This document shows positions 13,949 through 16,405 of a stretch of DNA of 16,405 nt, in pieces. The notes below the pieces were generated by a model. The model ran no database searches. It was not told the origin of the DNA and was given only the letters and a program-made list of their open reading frames with translations. The stretch comes from a virus (Duplodnaviria > Heunggongvirae > Uroviricota > Caudoviricetes), in the IMG/VR virus record IMGVR_UViG_2563366929_000009. One strand, 5' to 3'. Numbering within the stretch: the first letter of the stretch is position 1; every line of letters begins with the position of its first letter. A program made the translations under genes and the position numbers.

Positions 13949-14482
13949 ATGAACGCAAAAATCAAATACGGCCTGTCAGCTGCAGTTCTGGCGCTGATTG
14001 GAGCAGGCGCATCAGCTCCTCAGATACTTGACCAGTTTCTGGATGAAAAAGAGGGTAACCACACTACGGCATACCGCGATGGTTCCGGCAACTGGACCAT
14101 CTGTCGGGGGGCCACGATGGTGGATGGAAAACCCGTTTTTCCCGGTATGAAACTGTCGAAGGAAAAATGCGACCAGGTCAACGCCATTGAGCGTGATAAG
14201 GCGCTGGCATGGGTGGAGAAAAACATCAAAGTGCCATTGAGCGAACCCCAGAAAGCGGGGATCGCGTCATTCTGTCCGTACAACATTGGTCCCGGTAAGT
14301 GTTTCCCGTCGACGTTTTATAAACGAATTAATGCAGGTGATCGCAGGGGAGCGTGTGAGGCGATTCGCTGGTGGATTAAGGACGGTGGCAGAGACTGCCG
14401 TATTCGTTCAAACAACTGCTACGGTCAGGTATCCCGTCGTGACCAGGAGAGCGCGCTGGCGTGCTGGGGTATCGACAGATAA
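13949..14482 (+). CDS. R: SAR endolysin (phage 21 R21-type lysozyme)
   Basis: 177 aa. N-terminal signal-anchor-release segment (LSAAVLALIGAGASAP) and lysozyme catalytic region (..DEKEGNHTTAYRDGSGNWTICRG..). Confidence 0.9.
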   Translation: MNAKIKYGLSAAVLALIGAGASAPQILDQFLDEKEGNHTTAYRDGSGNWTICRGATMVDGKPVFPGMKLSKEKCDQVNAIERDKALAWVEKNIKVPLSEPQKAGIASFCPYNIGPGKCFPSTFYKRINAGDRRGACEAIRWWIKDGGRDCRIRSNNCYGQVSRRDQESALACWGIDR

Positions 14483-14576
14483 GCAGAATATTTTGCTGAA
14501 AAATAAGGCATGGCCACGCGGGCGGATAACATGAAATCCTGCGAAGTGGCGAAACGTAAGTGAATAAAAGTAAAAA

Positions 14577-14606
14577 CCCCGTTTGTTGGCACCAAGCGGG
14601 GTTTTG
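14577..14606 (+). terminator. Intrinsic terminator between endolysin and Rz
   Basis: 9-bp stem CCCCGTTTG / CAAGCGGGG (one G.U), 7-nt loop, then TTTT. Preceded by AAAA, so it may act bidirectionally. Confidence 0.65.
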
Positions 14607-14680
14607 TGTTTCCTGACTCCGGAAAAGTCAAAGGAGAAAGTGTGTTTGATTTTAGCAAACTGATTCGGGAGATTCGAGTG

Positions 14681-14779
14681 ATGGCTGAAAAATTATCCAC
14701 CTGGAAGTTCATTCTTATCTGGCTGGTGTTTGTGATTATGGCCTCTGGTTATTTCATCGGTCAGATACGCTGGTGGTGA
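14681..14779 (+). CDS. Candidate small membrane peptide (32 aa; alternative GTG start at 14642 gives 45 aa)
   Basis: [32 protein letters not shown] has a single hydrophobic helix. AGGAG at 14633 and GGGAG at 14667 could each serve as Shine-Dalgarno. Stop TGA is 1 nt before the Rz ATG. Below the ORF-track size cutoff. Confidence 0.35.
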   Translation: MAEKLSTWKFILIWLVFVIMASGYFIGQIRWW

Positions 14780-14780
14780 A

Positions 14781-15245
14781 ATGAACCGCGTACTGTGCGT
14801 GGTCATCATTGCCCTGCTGGTGGCCTGTGGTGCGCTTAGTCTGGGGCTGAATCATTACCGTGATAACGCCATTACCTACAAAGCCCAGCGCGACAAAAAT
14901 GTCAGAGAACTGAAGCTGGCGAACGCGGCAATTACTGACATGCAGATGCGTCAGCGTGATGTTGCTGCGCTCGATGCAAAATACACGAAGGAGTTAGCTG
15001 ATGCGAAAGCTGAAAATGATGCTCTGCGTGATGATGTTGCCGCTGGTCGTCGTCGGTTGCACATCAAAGCAGTCTGTCAGTCAGTGCGTGAAGCCACCAC
15101 CGCCTCCGGCGTGGATAATGCAGCCTCCCCCCGACTGGCAGACACCGCTGAACGGGATTATTTCACCCTCAGAGCGCGACTGATAATAATGCAAAAACAA
15201 CTTGAAGGGGCACAGCTATACATTCGAGAGCAATGCCTCAGATAA
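14781..15245 (+). CDS. Rz: Rz i-spanin (lambda-type)
   Basis: 154 aa, near-identical over most of its length to my recollection of lambda Rz (..[107 protein letters not shown]..). Confidence 0.88.
   Translation: MNRVLCVVIIALLVACGALSLGLNHYRDNAITYKAQRDKNVRELKLANAAITDMQMRQRDVAALDAKYTKELADAKAENDALRDDVAAGRRRLHIKAVCQSVREATTASGVDNAASPRLADTAERDYFTLRARLIIMQKQLEGAQLYIREQCLR
15001..15183 (+). CDS. Rz1: Rz1 o-spanin lipoprotein (embedded in Rz, +1 frame)
   Basis: 60 aa. Lipobox-like VVGC after a hydrophobic signal, proline-rich mature part ([16 protein letters not shown]). Fully embedded in Rz as in lambda. Confidence 0.8.
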   Translation: MRKLKMMLCVMMLPLVVVGCTSKQSVSQCVKPPPPPAWIMQPPPDWQTPLNGIISPSERD

Positions 15246-15612
15246 AAACCGGCCAAGGATAATCCGCTGAAGATTCGCCGGTGGCTAAAGTGTGCCAAGA
15301 GTTCAATTTACGCAATTACTCCTGTCGATGCTATGTACCGTCTTTGTGAAGTCAATGGATACCTGATTTATTTCTGTGCGCTGTATCGTCGCTGTACTCT
15401 TGCATTAATTATGACTGTAGCCTGACGGGGAACTCCTTCTGCACAAGTGTGGGGGAATAATCAAAAACGATGCACACCGGGGTTACCGGGTACACATATT
15501 TCATCATGCCAGCGAGTCCGGTTCTGGCACGGAAGAAACCGGACGTTATGATTTAGTGCGGAAATATTTGTGTAGTGTTCTGAATGTTCTCAGTAAAGAG
15601 TAATGAATTATC

Positions 15613-15640
15613 AAAGGTATAGTAATACCTTTTGTTTTCG
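15613..15640. terminator. AT-rich hairpin, terminator-like
   Basis: AAAGGTAT-agta-ATACCTTT (8-bp stem) followed by TGTTTTCG. Lies in the AT-rich spacer between Rz and the IS4 end. Confidence 0.4.
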
Positions 15641-15679
15641 TGGATATTTGTAATCCATCTGAAAACCCCTGCTGTAGCA

Positions 15680-16405
15680 TAATGCCGATCAGTTAAGGAT
15701 CAGTTGACCGATCCAGTGGCTGTGTAAGAATCCGGAAACGCTCACTTGTTTCCGGATTTTTTTATGCACATTGGACAGGCTCTTGATCTGGTATCCCGTT
15801 ACGATTCTCTGCGTAACCCACTGACTTCTCTGGGGGATTACCTCGACCCCGAACTCATCTCTCGTTGCCTTGCCGAATCAGGTACTGTAACGCTACGCAA
15901 GCGCCGTCTTCCCCTCGAAATGATGGTCTGGTGTATTGTTGGCATGGCGCTTGAGCGTAAAGAACCTCTTCACCAGATTGTGAATCGCCTGGACATCATG
16001 CTGCCGGGCAATCGCCCCTTCGTTGCCCCCAGTGCCGTTATTCAGGCCCGCCAGCGCCTGGGAAGTGAGGCTGTCCGCCGCGTGTTCACGAAAACAGCGC
16101 AGCTCTGGCATAACGCCACGCCGCATCCGCACTGGTGCGGCCTGACCCTGCTGGCCATCGATGGTGTGTTCTGGCGCACACCGGATACACCAGAGAACGA
16201 TGCAGCCTTCCCCCGCCAGACACATGCCGGGAACCCGGCGCTCTACCCGCAGGTCAAAATGGTCTGCCAGATGGAACTGACCAGCCATCTGCTGACGGCT
16301 GCAGCCTTCGGCACGATGAAGAACAGCGAAAATGAGCTTGCTGAGCAACTTATAGAACAAACCGGCGATAACACTCTGACGTTAATGGATAAAGGTTATT
16401 ACTCA
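15680..16405 (+). mobile_element. IS4: IS4-like insertion sequence, left part (runs past the window end)
   Basis: Sequence from TAATGCCGATCAGTTAAGG matches my recollection of the IS4 terminus. It is followed by a 10-bp-stem hairpin plus T7 (15730..15764) and the transposase start. The right end is outside the window, so the boundary is approximate. Confidence 0.7.
15764..16405 (+). CDS. IS4-family transposase, N-terminal 214 codons (partial, continues beyond window)
   Basis: Frame open from ATG 15764 to the window end with no stop. [36 protein letters not shown].. recognised as IS4 transposase. Absent from the ORF track because no stop lies inside the window. Confidence 0.8.
   Translation, partial: MHIGQALDLVSRYDSLRNPLTSLGDYLDPELISRCLAESGTVTLRKRRLPLEMMVWCIVGMALERKEPLHQIVNRLDIMLPGNRPFVAPSAVIQARQRLGSEAVRRVFTKTAQLWHNATPHPHWCGLTLLAIDGVFWRTPDTPENDAAFPRQTHAGNPALYPQVKMVCQMELTSHLLTAAAFGTMKNSENELAEQLIEQTGDNTLTLMDKGYYS

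Noticed and set aside
15893-16360. ORF-track 155-aa minus-strand ORF.
   Set aside because: It lies antisense within the recognisable IS4 transposase frame, which is open from 15764 to the window end. It is an artefact of the true gene lacking an in-window stop.

Overview
This window reads as a mosaic, IS-disrupted lambdoid prophage fragment from an E. coli-like enterobacterial genome. Left arm, minus strand: lambda-type integrase (1..1131), excisionase (1109..1357) and an 823-aa exonuclease with a DnaQ-like C-terminal domain (1422..3893). A complete IS1 (3939..4706) has no flanking target duplication and sits where the immunity and replication region would be. Right of IS1 is a visibly AT-rich two-gene cassette (4785..6176) of unknown function, the best candidate for an undescribed accessory or defence module; its first gene looks 5'-truncated by IS1. 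Then follow a Hok-family type I toxin locus, a DUF968/YdfU-like protein, RusA, a Q-like antiterminator, a late promoter pR' with a lambda-identical pause element and nearby tR', a small HTH-like ORF plus a beta-class DNA methyltransferase, and a three-gene tRNA cluster. Two paralogous structured units with tiny ORFs lie between the tRNAs and a mosaic lysis cassette (phage-21-type pinholin, SAR endolysin, lambda-type Rz/Rz1). The window ends inside an IS4-like element. No CRISPR array and no Shiga toxin genes are present. All calls rest on motif recognition by eye and recalled family knowledge; no database search or folding was run.
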